Shown here piece by piece: positions 10,591 to 24,200 of a stretch of DNA of 64,000 bases. How positions within the stretch are numbered: position 1 is the first letter of the stretch; every line of letters begins with the position of its first letter. Made by a program: the position numbers and the translations under genes. The notes under the pieces were generated by a model. It saw nothing but the letters and a program-made list of their open reading frames with translations. It made no database searches and was not told where the DNA came from. The stretch comes from Azolla caroliniana (lineage: Eukaryota; Plantae; Polypodiophyta): contig JBHGNT010000006.1 of the NCBI GenBank assembly GCA_043228905.1, positions 9,424,001 through 9,488,000 of the forward strand, in the 5' to 3' direction.

Positions 10591-12420
10591 TGTCCATGAG
10601 TTAGTGTGAAACCTATCTCTGGGAAGTTGAGTTCAACTCTCAACACGCCCCTTCGAACACAACTTCTATCTGTCAAGAAGGTTGTTCGGTTCGTACTTCA
10701 ACTTGTCTAGTAAGTTGCGTTGCAAGCTCGCATACTCGATCAAGTGCGTATGTGTTGCGTATCGTTGCGTATTGCTTCCATGTCGCCGGTACCTGTACTC
10801 CCCATCAAGTTCGGCAATGTAGATGTCATGAGACCAAGGTCCAATGCAATTTGCCCGAGCTTGTCAACTCCTAAGGCCTTCGTAAAGGTATCAGCAACTT
10901 GGAGGTGCGTACTGGTATGTTGTAGATCGATCTCGCCGGCTTGTACGCGCTCGCAGATGAAGTGGTAATGCAGTTCGATATGTTTAGTCCGCGCGTGGGA
11001 GACGGGGTTCTGCGCCAAGTAGATACTGCTCATGTTGTCGCAGTAGAGATGAATTGGATCCTTGATGGGAACGCCCAGATCCTTTAGTATGCATTTAAGC
11101 CATACGACTTCGCATGCGGCGACTGCTGCGCCCCTATATTTGGCTTCCGTGCTCAATAGTGCGACTGTTGGTTATTTCTTGCTACTCCAAGAGATTGCTC
11201 TGCTGCCGAGGGAGAAGAAAAATCCAGAGGTGGATCGTCTATCTGCATTTTAGCCTGCCCAGTCGGCGTCGGTGTACCCTTCGAGTCGAATAGTCGTGTT
11301 CGACTTATACATGATGTTGTAAGCCATTGTCGTACTGACATATCGTAGTATCCTCTTAGCACAATAAAGATGAAGGTTTCGCAGATTCTACATGAATTGG
11401 CTAAGTAGGCCGACCGAATAACCGAGGTCGGGTCACGTAATGGTTAGATACGGAGTTGGCTCGCTCTCAGCGGTTCCGGAATTGGCATCAATCTTTAGGT
11501 TACGATCGAGAGGGGTAGACATAGGCTTGGACTCAGTCATTCCAAACTTGTAGAGTAAGTTGAGGATGTAGTGCCGTTGTGAGATCATTATCCTGACTAT
11601 TGTTCGAATTACTTCAATGCCTAGGAAGTAATGGAGTTCGTGCAAGTCTTTCATTTCGAATCGTCCGGGGAGAAGTGTTTTGACTTTGTTGATCTCGACG
11701 AGATCCTTTCCTCCAATGATCAAGTCATCCACGTATAGGATGCTTATGATCGGGCTATCCGACTCATTTCGGATGTATTGAGAAGTATCGGATTTTGACA
11801 TCTGAAATCCAACTTGATGAAGATACCGCGTGATCTTCGAATGCCAAGCACACGGTGCTTGTTTGAGGCCGTAGAGTGGCTTCTTGAGTCGGCATACGAT
11901 GTACGGATGTTTACGCAATTCGAATCCGGGTGGTTGTATCATGTACACCTCTTCTTCTAACTCTCCTTGGAAGAAAGCATTTTTCACGTCCATCTAGTGA
12001 AGGTGCCATCCCTTCGCTGCTGCGAGTGCAATTATTGTCCGTACAGTTGTCATCTTTGCCACCGGGGCAAAGGTTTCTTCGTAGTCTATGCCATGTGTTT
12101 GCGCGTAGCCTTTCGCAACGAGCCGTGCTTTGAAGCGATTTACGGATCCGTCGGCATTGTATTTTACTTTGTATATCCATTTGTAGCCAATCGCTTTCTT
12201 GTTCGGGGGGAGAGGAACAAGATCCCATGTCTCGTTTTTGCATAAAGCTTCCATCTCCTCATTCATCCCGTCGACCCATCACGAATCCTTTGCGGCTTCG
12301 GAAAGCGTTTCCGGTTCCTGTACTGATGCTACTTTCATCATAAAAGCATAGTGATACGCCATGTACTCGTCATAGCCGTAGCGGTTTACGGGGTTCTTTT
12401 CACGTGTGGATCGGCGTAGC
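10591..12420 (-). mobile_element. Ty1/copia family B fragment (RT, RNase H, PPT, start of 3' LTR at 10645)
   Basis: [39 protein letters not shown]; minus-strand GAAGGGGCG|TGTTGAGAG boundary at 10645. Confidence 0.9.
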
Positions 12421-13617
12421 TCTCAATCCATGGGTGTTGAGTGAGAAGCTCAACGTTGGGTGCGTAACACGGTGCGTAACCCAGTGCATAGACTAGGTGC
12501 GTAAAACATTACGCATAACGTAAGCCGTAGCAGTGCGTAAACCGCAAGACCGTTGAAAAGATATTCCGCGTAGGAATATATTTTAGGAGTTAGTGTAGAG
12601 CTCATTTATGAGCATTGAAGTACGTGTCAATACTTCTGTCAGTCCGTATGGACTTGTATAAAATTGCTCACTGAGCACATCCTATGTACAGATTGAGTAT
12701 TACTCTTGAATTGAGTTTTGTGTGCTCTCTCTCTCTCTCTCTCTCTCTCCCACATACTGTGTATATTCAAGCTCTCCATTAAACATGTGTTTCTGTGTTC
12801 GGTTTTCTATTGCATCCACACGCTATTCTTTTTACATGGTATCAGAGCGCGAGGATTGAGAACCTCTGCAACTGACCTTAGCTCAAAAAGAAAATCTAAC
12901 CTTCGTAAAGAACAAGAAAAACAAAATGGATAGAGGCATGGCTAGCTCGCTTCCAATAGAGAAGCTCGACAGAAATAACTATGCATCTTGGTCCTACAAG
13001 ATGCACCAGTACCTGCTCGGGCACGGTTACTAGAGCTATATCGACGGAGCAAATGACACAACACCCGATTCAACGCACAAAGATTTCCCAACGTGGGAAT
13101 AGTTAGCGAGCAGAGTTCTCTACTGCTTCGCGTCTTGTGTGGGCAAACAACTTCTGAGCTATATTCGGGATACAAAAACGCCGAAGGATGCTTAGGCCCC
13201 GTGGACATGTCGAACGAGGCGAGTCTGTGCGCAATGGAGGCGGCCGATGGGACTAAGGAAGAAGGCACCGAAGTGATGCCGACATCAACTCCGGACCCTT
13301 CGGAAATAGGAGGAGTCGAGGCGATGAGAACCGCCAAGGGAAATCCACCGCGGAATGTTGGTACTGTGGCAAGAAAGGCCACAACGAGAGCGAGTGTTGG
13401 AAAAAGTGCGCCGATTTGGAGAGAACCAGGTTTGGATTAGATTCCGAACAGACCGACAAAGGAAATCGGCAGCGATCGCACTACGTCGAAGGACCTGGAA
13501 GAGCCGGAAGAGGATCAGTCTTTATGATGAGACACGAAGCAAAGTCGATGAAGAAGATCACCCCGAAGTCGGACAAGGTGTGGTACGTCGACTCCGGCGC
13601 GTCAAACCACATGACGT

Positions 13618-15125
13618 TGTCGTGTGGTTTTTCACACACGATATGAAAACTAATAAAATAATTATTTATGATTAGCTTAATATATTGATATGCAAAGATA
13701 GATGTGTTCAAGAGCTTCATAATATATTTTACTACGCATGAATTGGATAAATAAGTATCAAGTTATGTGAGTGAGAAGTTTGAAGAGAAAAAGGAAAAAA
13801 TACAAAACTGTGAGATATCCCACATAAATAGGTTAACATTAAAATGCAGGATATATAAGGGAAACCAAAACATATTCATTCTATCAATGTGTGGAGCATA
13901 GAATGTTCAAGGTGACTTGGGTTACATTGTGTGGTGTGCACGCTTCGGGTGTACACGCGTATGCACGGTCGTGTTGATGCTTCGAGTGTACGTGCGTACT
14001 GTATGCACGTCCACGTGGATGTTTTCGGACGTACGCTTCGGGTGTACACGCGTATGCACGGTCGTGTTGATGCTTCGGGTGTACGTGCGTAGTGTATGCA
14101 CGTCCACGTGGACGTTTTCGGACGTACACGTGTGTGCAAGTTTTGGGCGTACGCGTGGACGTTTCAGACGAACGAGCGTGCGGTCAGGACGCGCGTGAGT
14201 GCGGATGCGTACATGGCGACGCTTCGGGTGTACATGCGTATGCACGTCCGTGTGTGTGCAAGTTTTGGGCGTACGCGTGCACGGACGCGTGGACGTTTTC
14301 GGACGTACGCGTGTGTGCAAGTTTCAGGTGCACGCATGCACAGACGAGCAAGGGGATGCGTACACGGTGCGGTCGGGACGCACGTGTGTGTGGATGCGTA
14401 CACGGTGCGGGTTGGACGCGCGCGTGCGTGGATGTGTACATTGCGCGGTCGGGACTTTTGCGCGCGAACGCACATATCTACGGTTTGGTTGTGACGCACG
14501 TACGAATTGCGCACGGGCTAAACTTTATGGATGATTGTGTCATTTGGCCGAATTATACGGACAGTCGCATGCAAACAAAAGCCAAGGCCATGCAACTAAA
14601 AGTAAAAGGCATGCATCTAAAAATGGAAGCATGCAACTAAAAGTAGAGGCTATGCAACTAAATGTGGGCATGCAAAGTAACACTGGGGAGGAGGATCAAC
14701 AAAGAGCTCGATATATGTCCCATTTTTTCCCTCTAGTTTTTTTTTTTTTTCCTTTCTTGCTTCTTCTTCCCTCTCGGATTCGAGAAACAAATTATCTCAC
14801 ATATTGATATCAAATGCCTAGCTTTGTTTACTGGAGTTTTCTTGTCAAAAATTATCTCTCGTATTCATATCGGACCACTCCTTGCATGGTTGTTGGCTCC
14901 TTTCTTTGAAAAATTAATCTCTCATTTCCATACCGAACCCATTGTAACACGATTCTGAAATTATAAAGAATCGATTTTCTTTTGCAATAAACTAATGATT
15001 TGTCTCTTCCACTTGTCTTATGCTTAAAACATGCTTGTGTTGTACGTGTTGCACTAAATCCTTCTAGTCCAGAACCCCGGTGGTTCCGTCTCACGATCCA
15101 CACATAGTGATGGATTTTCACGACA
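13618..15125 (+). mobile_element. Solo gypsy LTR with 4-bp TSD (ACGT) inserted in the copia protease region
   Basis: TGTCGTG...CACGACA ends with ACGT on both sides. Removing it restores SNHMTCHKEWF. Similar to LTR 3873-7881 at both ends. Confidence 0.92.
13935..14520. repeat. CpG-rich tandem repeat (93-bp unit, then degenerate subunits) inside the solo LTR
   Basis: CGCTTCGGGTGTACACGCGTATGCACG recurs at 13941 and 14034. The region is built from palindromic words (TGCA, CGTACG, CACGTG, ACGCGT). Confidence 0.85.
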
Positions 15126-18100
15126 ACGTGCCACAAGGAGTGGTTCTCGTACCTAGAAAAACCGATGCAACCGGGAGTAGTCGCAACCGGAGATGACACT
15201 CCGCATCCGATTGCGAGTGTCGGTGAAGTTCCCCTGAGCCATGTCGGGCAGAAAGGAAAACTCATGAACGTGTTACACGTCCCAACAATCACGGAAAAAC
15301 CTGGTGTCAGTCGGACAGATCGTCGACAAGGGCATGCAAGTCCGGTTCACACATCTCGGGTGCTTCATCGAGGAAGAAGGCCGAGTTATTGCGCAAGGGC
15401 GCAAAGACGGGAGGATGTGTATCCTCGACTCTAGTGATGGTGGCACCGCAATGTTCACGAAAGGACAAAAAGTTGAGTTGGATATTGACTTATGGCACAA
15501 GCGGATAGGCCACGTCAGCTATCAACGACTTCAGGACCTGCAATCGAATCATGTGGTGTTCGGATTGCCCAAATTTAGTAGCCGGAAGGCACAAATTTGT
15601 GAAGCCTGCCAGCTAGGGAAGCAACACCGACTTCCTTTCCCCAACCAGCATAACTGGAACCGAAACAAGCTCGACTTGATATATTCTGATGTGTGGGGGG
15701 CCGACACAGAACGTTAGTCTTGGGGGGAGTCGATATTTCTTCTCCTTCATCGACGACTATATGCGGCACACGTGGATCTACCTCATTGAGAAGAAGAGTG
15801 AAGTCTTCGACTATTTCCGGGACCTAAAGAGTTTCGTCGAAAGGGAAACAGGAAGACAGATCAAGTGCCTACAGTCGGATGGTGGAAAAGAGTACTTTTC
15901 CGGTCAATTCAACGGGTATCTACACCAGATGGGAATTTGACGCGAATTCAGTTGCAGATATACGCCGGAGCAAAACAACGTGGCCGAAAGAAAAAATCGG
16001 TCGATTGTGGAAGCGGCGCCGGTAATGCTGGAGGAGAAGAGTTTGCCCAAGTTCTATTGAGCCCAAGCGGTTCGGACCGCGGTCTACATCCAGAACCAGA
16101 TCGGAGAAAAAGTGTCGGCGCATGAGCTATACTTTGGAACGAAGCTGAATTTGTGACACTTAAGAGTTTTCGGTAGCATTGCGTATGTGCATGTGCCCAA
16201 GGAGAAACAGAGGAAGTTGGACGCGAAAGCCGAGAAGTGTATCTTGGTCGGCTATTCGGACGAGCAAAAGGGTTATAAGTGTTATAACCCACGCACCAAA
16301 CAAACGCGTGTGAGTCGCGACGTTGTGTTTAATGAGTCCACATCCTGGTACTTGCCTCCGACTCCAGACCTCATCTCTAATCCGAGTTCTGACGATGAGG
16401 TCAGCGAGGCCGAGATGCCTCCAGATGAGCCTGAAATCGGAACCCGCGAAGAGAGTCCGATTTCGTTTCGGTTAAGCGGACCGAATGGATGACTGAGTCG
16501 GTTCGACCAGTCCGATGAAGAGCCGGCGAGTAGGGCAGACTCGGCCATGCATTCCCCGCGCAGAAAGCCGAGAAGACAGCTTATGCGCAAGGAAAAAGGG
16601 AAGAAGAAGGTGTCGGATTATGACACGGATAGGAATGAGTTAGATCGATGCGAGTCCGACTCCAAGGGAAGTGATGATGGGTCTTTGAGAGCGAAATCCA
16701 CGTAGGCTAAGAAAGCCTCAACATCGGCTAATGAGCAATTACGCCGATCTACCCGCCAGAAGAACCCTATTGTGTGGTTTGGTTACAATGAGTACATGGT
16801 GCATCACTATGCGTACATGATGCATGTAGCAGAAGTGCGTGAGCTAGAGAGCTACACAGAAGCGGCAAAAGACGCGAATTGGTGTGCAACGATGGAGGAA
16901 TAGATGCGTGCATTGGGCGAAAATGAAACTTGGGACCTAGTTGACGCACCGAAAGGTGTGAAGCCGATTGGATGTAGGTGGGTGTACAAGGTCAAGTACA
17001 ACACTGACGGCTCGGTCAACCGATACAAGGCCCGGTTAGTAGCAAAAGGTTATGTATACGCAGCAACATGGCATTGACTACGTTGAGACGTTTGCACCAG
17101 TCGCGAAGATGACGACCGTCCGTGTTTTGCTCATGGTAGATGCGGCAAAGGGGTGGCACTTACATCAGATGGATGTAAAGAATGCGTTCCCGCAAGGTGA
17201 GCTTGAGGAACAAGTGTACATGGTACAGCCTCCAGGATTTCACTCCAGAACGAACACTTTGGCCATGTGCCGATTGAAGAAGTCCCTTTACAGATAAAAG
17301 CAAGCCCCGCATGCCTGCGTCGGATGGGCTTTGCGACGTCAAAATCGGACTCCTCACTGTTCATCCAGAAAGGTCGACTCGGGCCGGTTAGTATTTTACT
17401 TTATGTTGATGACTTGTTCATCACCGGCGCTGATCTAAGTGAGATTGATCACGTGAAGCTCCAGCTTGCGGCATCATTCGACATGAAGGATCTAGGGGAC
17501 CTTCATTACTTCCTCGGGATCGAAGTGATCTGCACCCTCGAAGGCATACTGATCAGCCAACGACATTACGTGCTGAGTATGCTCTTCAAATTCGGGATGG
17601 GCGACTTTAAGTCCGTCTCGACTCCTCTGGATAGAACCATCAAGATTCGCCCCGATTCCGGAAAGGTATGCAACCCAATGAGGTTCTGACAGATAGTCGG
17701 AAGCCTTATATACTTGACCATCACCCGATCAAATCTCAACTACCTAGTAGAGGTGATTAGTCAGTTCATGGCGCGACCTACTGAGGAGCATCTTCATTGT
17801 GCACAACGCATACTGCGGTACGTAAGCGGCACTAAGGACCAGGGGCTACTATATTGGTCCGGTACAGCCCCACAATTGGTCGGCCACACCGATGTCGACT
17901 GGACCGGCAACGTCGCCGATCGCCGATCCACGTCCGGTTTCCCGTTCTCTCTTGGGAGTGCCGCGATCGCGTGGAGTAGCAAGAAGCAGTCGACAATTGT
18001 GTTGTCAAGCACCGAAGCCGAGTATAGAGGAGCGGTTGTCGCGACATGCGAAGCCATATGGTTGAAGCGGCTACTTAAGGATCTGCAGGTGGAGGTATCT

Positions 18101-19276
18101 GATCCAACGACGATCTACTGCGACAACCTCAACAACATCCAGCTAGCAAAGAACCCTGTCTTCCACGCCCGGACTAAGCACATTGAGGTGCACTACCATT
18201 CTGTTCACGAGTGTGTACTCTCCAGTGAAGTCGAACTTCAGTATGTTCAGACGGATCGGCAGATCGCCGAGGTCTTAACCAGGCCTCTTGGTCCGGACAA
18301 GTTGTGCCAATTCTCGGGTGCGCTTGGGTTGCGTCACCTCGACATGCCGAAGTTGAGGGGGAGAGACGTCGACCATGGAAGGGGGAGAGAAGTTTCGGAA
18401 GACCGTGACGCTGAGTAGGATGACGAATTTGATTTCGAATTGGCTGAAGAAGCCGAGGGCGAATCTGCGGAAGATTCCGAAAGCGAACATAATAGGAGCA
18501 GTCAAAAGAAAGAGCCAAAGCCAACCAAGCGTGGGGGAGATGAAGCCATCAAGGGTGGGAAGACCGAAGACGAGTTGGAGACAGCCAACCCGGACGAGAG
18601 CAAAAACCGATCGGAGGAAGCCGAGTCGGTTCGGATGTTTGATTTGGATACGCTGAATCACCAAGGGCCAACCGAAAGAAAAGGCAGCAGAAGAGGCGCC
18701 AACACCGCAACAGCAAGGAAGCTGAGAAGGGTCGTGTAAGCAGACAAGCCGACCGGAAGGGTCGAGGCACGCGGAATCGAACGGGTCGAGGAGCGAGAGT
18801 GAGGCGTGAAGCCAGAGGGAACTGGAGCGTAGATCCGGTAGAGCAGGTGGAACCTCAAGTTGAGCTTGAGGGGGAGTGTTGAGAGACAAGCTCAAGATTT
18901 GTGCGTAATATGATGCGTAACCTAGTGCGTAGACTGGGTGCATAAATCAGTATGCATAACCTAGCCGTATTAGTGCATAAACCGAAAGGCCATTAGAGAG
19001 ATATTCCTCGTAAGGAATAATTTTGGGAGTAAGTGTCGAGGCTCATTTATGAGCAGTCAAGTACTGTCAGTACTTGTGTCAGCCCGATAGTCAGGGCTTG
19101 TATAAAAGGTGCTCACTGAGCACGGTGTATGTACAGATTGAGTATTATTTTGAATTGAGTTTCTGTGTGTTCTCTCTCTTTGTCTCTCCCGTGTACTGTG
19201 TATATTCAACCTCTCCATTAAACCTGCGTATTTTCTGTGTTCGGTTTTCTATTGGTTCTGCACGTTATTCTTTTCA

Positions 19277-20287
19277 TCAACCAATCGTCGCTCTTTCGAG
19301 CACAGAGGCAGAAGACAAGGGCGCGACCGTGGTCGCATGTGAAGCCGTATGGCTGAAAAGGATACTCAAGGATCTGGGCGTACCCATCAAGGATCCAACT
19401 TCCCTTTACTGCGACAACATGAGCAATATTTATCTGGCTCGGAACCCGGTGTTCCAAGCGCAGACAAAGCACATCGAAGTGCACTATCACTTCATCCGAG
19501 AGCACGTTCTAGCTGGCGATGTCGACCTACAACACATTAGCACCAATCTCCAAACGGCCGATATCTTCACTAAAGCCTTAGGAACCGACAAGCTATGGCA
19601 ATTCATGACCAATCTCGGATTGACGATCCCTGACCTACCAGGCTTGAGGGGGAGTATTGAAGACACTACGCAATAACGCGTGGATTCCGCAACCACGCAA
19701 CGAAGCCCCGAAGAGCCGATCTAGCACGCAAAGCCGCGAAGAAAGATGCAAGCCGAAGCACAGACTTCGCAACTACGCACAACGCAAGCTAGAGCACGGA
19801 TTCCGCAAACTCCGCATAAATGCGAGTCGACACGAGTCGAATCGCATTTCGGATACCATCTGAAACCGACCTGACTTGAGCTTGAGGGGGCGTGTTGAGA
19901 ATCAAGCTCAACTTGGTCTAGTGTGTGAACTCACCTTGAGAGTGAATAGACACTCCAACGGTCAAGAGTCACCATTATGTCACCACTTTGTATTCTAGCA
20001 TTTAGTATGAGTCATAGAATCATATTCTATGACACATAACTTATAAGCTTTCACATTCCCCATGCTCCATAAGTCTTGTAGTTAATGAAGAGAGAGGGTG
20101 ACTATATAAAGCACCCTCCTCCCACCTTGTATAATGTTGAGTCTTTCTCCTTTGTTAATATACTTTACCTTGCGTATTCTCTGTGTCTTACTCCTTGTCT
20201 CTCTCACTCACTCTCTCTCTCTCTCTCATACACACACACAATTCATATCTATTCTGCTACACAGAATCCATCTTGTGATTCTTTACA
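19277..20287 (+). mobile_element. Copia family B 3' fragment: RNase H, 3' spacer, PPT and 3' LTR (19893-20287)
   Basis: QPIVALSSTEAE..QTKHIEVHYHFIRE; GAGCTTGAGGGGGCG|TGTTGAGAATC; LTR matches 21205-21611. Confidence 0.9.
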
Positions 20288-20289
20288 CA

Positions 20290-21204
20290 ATTTGTTGATG
20301 AGTTATTTCGTTTTTATGGATTACCTATGGATATTGTTAGTGATCAAGATTCCAAGTTTACTAGTGACTTTTGGAGTCAGGTCTTTAAGAAGCTAGAAAC
20401 TACGTTGAGCATGAATTTGGTAGATCATCCTCAGTCTAATGGACAAACTAAACGAGTTAATCAAATTATTGAGGACATGCTTCGAGCTTATGTAGCAAAA
20501 ACCCCTTCTAAGTGGGAGCAATACCTTCCTATCTTAGAATTTGTCTATAATAGCTGAAAACATACATCCATTGGATATAGTCCTTTTATGTTGATGTATG
20601 GTTTTCAGTCGCGTGCCCCAGTCAATGTCACGACTCATCACGATACATTCGATAGTACACACAACTTTTTGCAAGACATGAACCAAATGTTGCATATTGC
20701 CAAAGAAAATGTTCAGATAGCTCAATATCATGCTCGATTTTATGTTGATCAGGATAGTCGTCCTCGTACATTTACTATTGGTGAAAACGTTTTCTTACGT
20801 GTCCCTACTGACTCTACGTCATTGTCTATGGGCAAGTGCACTAAGTTAGCCCTACGATATTATGGCCCATTTGAAATCCTTAAACGAATTGGGTCTTGCT
20901 TATCACCTTGCCCTTACCCCGTAACATTAGTATTTACCCTGTTTTTCACGTCAATTGTCTAAAACCATCACAATCTAGGATATTGTAACATTAGAGGATT
21001 TTTCTTACAAACCTCATGTTCCTGAACGAATTCTTGATTCTCGTACTAAACTTTTACATTCTAAAGAGGTTCGGCTATTCAAGATCAAATGGATGGATAA
21101 ACCTATTGATGATGCCACGTGGGAACGCGAGCATACTCTTAAGGTACAATTTCCTCACTTTATATTGCAAGAGTGCAATCTTTTGAAGTAGGGGAGTATG
21201 TTAC
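20290..21204 (+). mobile_element. Chromovirus (Ty3/gypsy) integrase and chromodomain remnant, PPT and first 6 bp of the 3' LTR
   Basis: DIVSDQDSKFTSDFW, HPQSNGQTKRVNQ, YYGPFEILKRIG, then PERILDSR..KIKW..DDATWE (chromodomain); PPT GAAGTAGGGGAG; LTR starts TGTTAC at 21199. Confidence 0.85.
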
Positions 21205-24200
21205 TGTTGAGAATCAAGCTCAACTTGGTCTAGTGTGTGAACTCACCTTGAGAGTGAATAGACACTCCAACGGTCAAGAGTCACCATTATGTCACCTCTT
21301 TGTATTCTAGCATTTAGTATGAGTCATAGAATCATATTCTATGACACATAACTTATGAGCTTTCACATTCCCCATGCTCCATGAGTCTTGTAGTTAATGA
21401 AGAGAGAGGGTGACTATATAAAGCACCCTCCTCCCACCTTGTATTGTGTTGAGTCTTTCTCCTTTGTTAATATACTTACCTTGCATATACTCTGTGTCTT
21501 ACTCCTTGTCTCTCACACACACATACACTCTCTCTCTCTCTCATACACACACACACACACAGAGTTCACACCTATTCCGCCTCACAAGAATCCATCTCTT
21601 GATTCTTTACATGGTATCAGAGCGAATTGGTAGTTCTATCTAGCCCATTTGCCTCATTGTGATCGTGTGTTGTGCTCCACGCCGACGACCAAGAACCAGC
21701 TCATCACTATCGTAGCTTCGCTACATAGCTCGCATTCGAAGAGAGAAGAAGAAGAAGAAGAATCGACATAATGAATACTCAAATGGGGAGTGCTCTCCCT
21801 ATCGAGAAGTTGGATCGAAACAACTTCGCATCTTGGGAGTACAAGATGCACCAATACCTTGTCGGACAAGGCTATTGGAGCTACATTAAAGGAGCGCATG
21901 AAGACCGACCCGTCGACATGGCTCCCGGATACGCAACATGGGAGCAAGCTGCAAGCCGTGTAATGTATTGTTTGGCGACATGTGTTCATGACCACATGCT
22001 CGGTTACATTCGAGAAGCCAAGACGCCGAAGGAAGTGTGGGAAAATCTACGAAAGATTTTCGCTGCCAACACGACCGCGAGGAAGCTTCAACTTCGCCAA
22101 GAGTTGAACAACATTCAACAAAGGGACATGTCCATCACGACATAAACCTTGAAGATCAAGGAACTTTGCGACTCACTCGGCTCAATAAGCGTAAGTATTG
22201 ATGATGATGAGATGGTGCAAATATGCCTCGGCGGCCTCGCACCACGGTTCGGCGTGATGCGAACCGTCGTTCTAGCAAGGGAGAAATCTCCCTCCTTCTT
22301 CGAGCTCCAATCAATGCTATTGGTTGAAGAAAACCACGTGCGTACAATGAGCAATGAGTCGGAAGGCCACATGCTCTACACGCACTTGAACGGAGGAAGA
22401 GGACGCAGATGAGGTCCGACCTACGACAACAACTCCCAATTTTGGCCTCAAAACGGAAGCCTACGAGGAACCTTCGCAAGAAGGGGGAGCTTCCACTCCG
22501 GCCCAAGCCGTCAAAACGCAACTGAATGCGGATATTGCGGAAAGCTCGGCCACCACGAAGAAGAGTGCTGAAAGAAGATGCGCGAAACGGCTTCCACAAG
22601 CCGACAACTCACGAACTACGCGCACAACTCCGACTACGAAGATCGTGGCGGAATGTATGCACACAACTCCGACCGTGGCGGAATGTTCATGATGAAATAT
22701 AGAGCAAACTCTATGATGGCCTCTACCTCAACTAGTGCCTCCAGTTCGGAAGACGTATGGTTCGTCGATTCCAGTGCCTCGAACCATATGACATCGCATC
22801 AAGAATGCTTCCGAGAACTTCGAGAGCCGGACCGACCCGGCTATGTCGAAACCGGAGATGACACTACACACCCGATTCGGCACATCGGCAATGTTCCATT
22901 CGGAAAAGAAGGTAAGCAAATTTACATTAAAAATGTCTTGCATGTACCGACCATTACGAAGAATTTGGTCTCCGTCGGCCAAATTGTAGAGCAAGGGATG
23001 CAAGTTCGATTTAATCAAGGCGGTTGCTTCATCGAAAAAGAGGGCCGACTCATCGCACGCAGACGAAGAGAGGGCCAAATGTTCATTCTCGACTCACACA
23101 AGATGAAATCGTCCATGTTCGCAAAGGGCATGAAAGCCGACTTCGACATAGAGTTATGGCACAAGCGGATTGGCCATATAAATCTCCAAAAACTCAAAGC
23201 AATGAAATCGAAAGGAGTCGTCATCGGACTCCCAACATTCAAAGAGAAGGAGATTGAAGGTGTATGTGAAGCGTGCCAATTCGGCAAGCAACACCGACAC
23301 CCATTCCCGAAAGAGCGAAACGTGAGCAAAGGTCTAGCCAACATAGTCCATTCCGACGTATGGGGACCGGCGCAGACGGCTACATTCGGCGGATGCCGAT
23401 ATTACGTACTCTTCATCGACAACTTTTCTAGGCACACTTGGATCTACCCGATGCGGCAAAAGAGCGAAGTGTTCGGACACTTCCAAAAATTCAAGAATAA
23501 AGTTGAGAAAGCCACGGGCCGACATGTCGATGTCTTTGATCGGATGGCGGCAAGGAGTACTTCTCGGACGATTTCACGGCGTATCTCCGAAAGGAAGGAA
23601 TTCGGCGAGAATTCACTTGCCGACACACTCCGCAACAAAACGGAGTAGCCAAGCGCAAAAATCGGCACATCCTCGAAGTAGTGCGGGCCATGATGAACGA
23701 GAAGCATATGCCCAAGTCATATTGGGCCGAAGCTGCAAATACGGTCATCTACCTAATGAACTGGTGCACAACATCCGGTGTGCACGAGGTCACTCCGCAC
23801 GAAAAATACTTCGGAAAGAAACCGGACTTATCGCACATCCGGATATTCGGCGCGATAGCGTACGTGCACATCCCCGACGAGAAGCGTCAAAAGCTTGACC
23901 CGAAGTCGGAGAAATGTATCCTCATAGGATACTCATTGGAGCAAAAAGGGTACAAATGCTACAAACCCTCAACTCGAAAATCTCGAGTAAGTCGAGATGT
24001 CATTTTTGATGAGTTCGCATCCTGGTACGCACCAGAGACAACTTCGACTCCGATTTCGCTCGACCTGGAATCCGTCGAACAAGAGATACAGGATGAAGAT
24101 CACCTTACGCACATGTTCGAAGAAAGTCTGATTACGACCCGACTAAGCGGACCACAAGAGCCTTTGAGCGATCAAAGCACATCACGGCCTAGCCCGAAGA

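Larger units (their letters stand above)
12435..19276 (+). mobile_element. Ty1/copia family A element, decayed, with a gag deletion and a nested solo LTR
   Basis: 5' LTR 12435-12836; PBS TGGTATCAGAGC (tRNA-iMet) 12837-12848; gag with CWYCGKKGH knuckle; protease WYVDSGASNHMT; integrase, RT and RNase H; PPT GAGCTTGAGGGGGAG; 3' LTR 18877-19276. LTRs are clearly diverged and there is no TSD. Confidence 0.88.

Noticed and set aside
13876-14640. Multiple overlapping His/Arg/Cys-rich ORFs
   Set aside because: By-products of a stop-poor tandem repeat, open in several frames with no domain signal.
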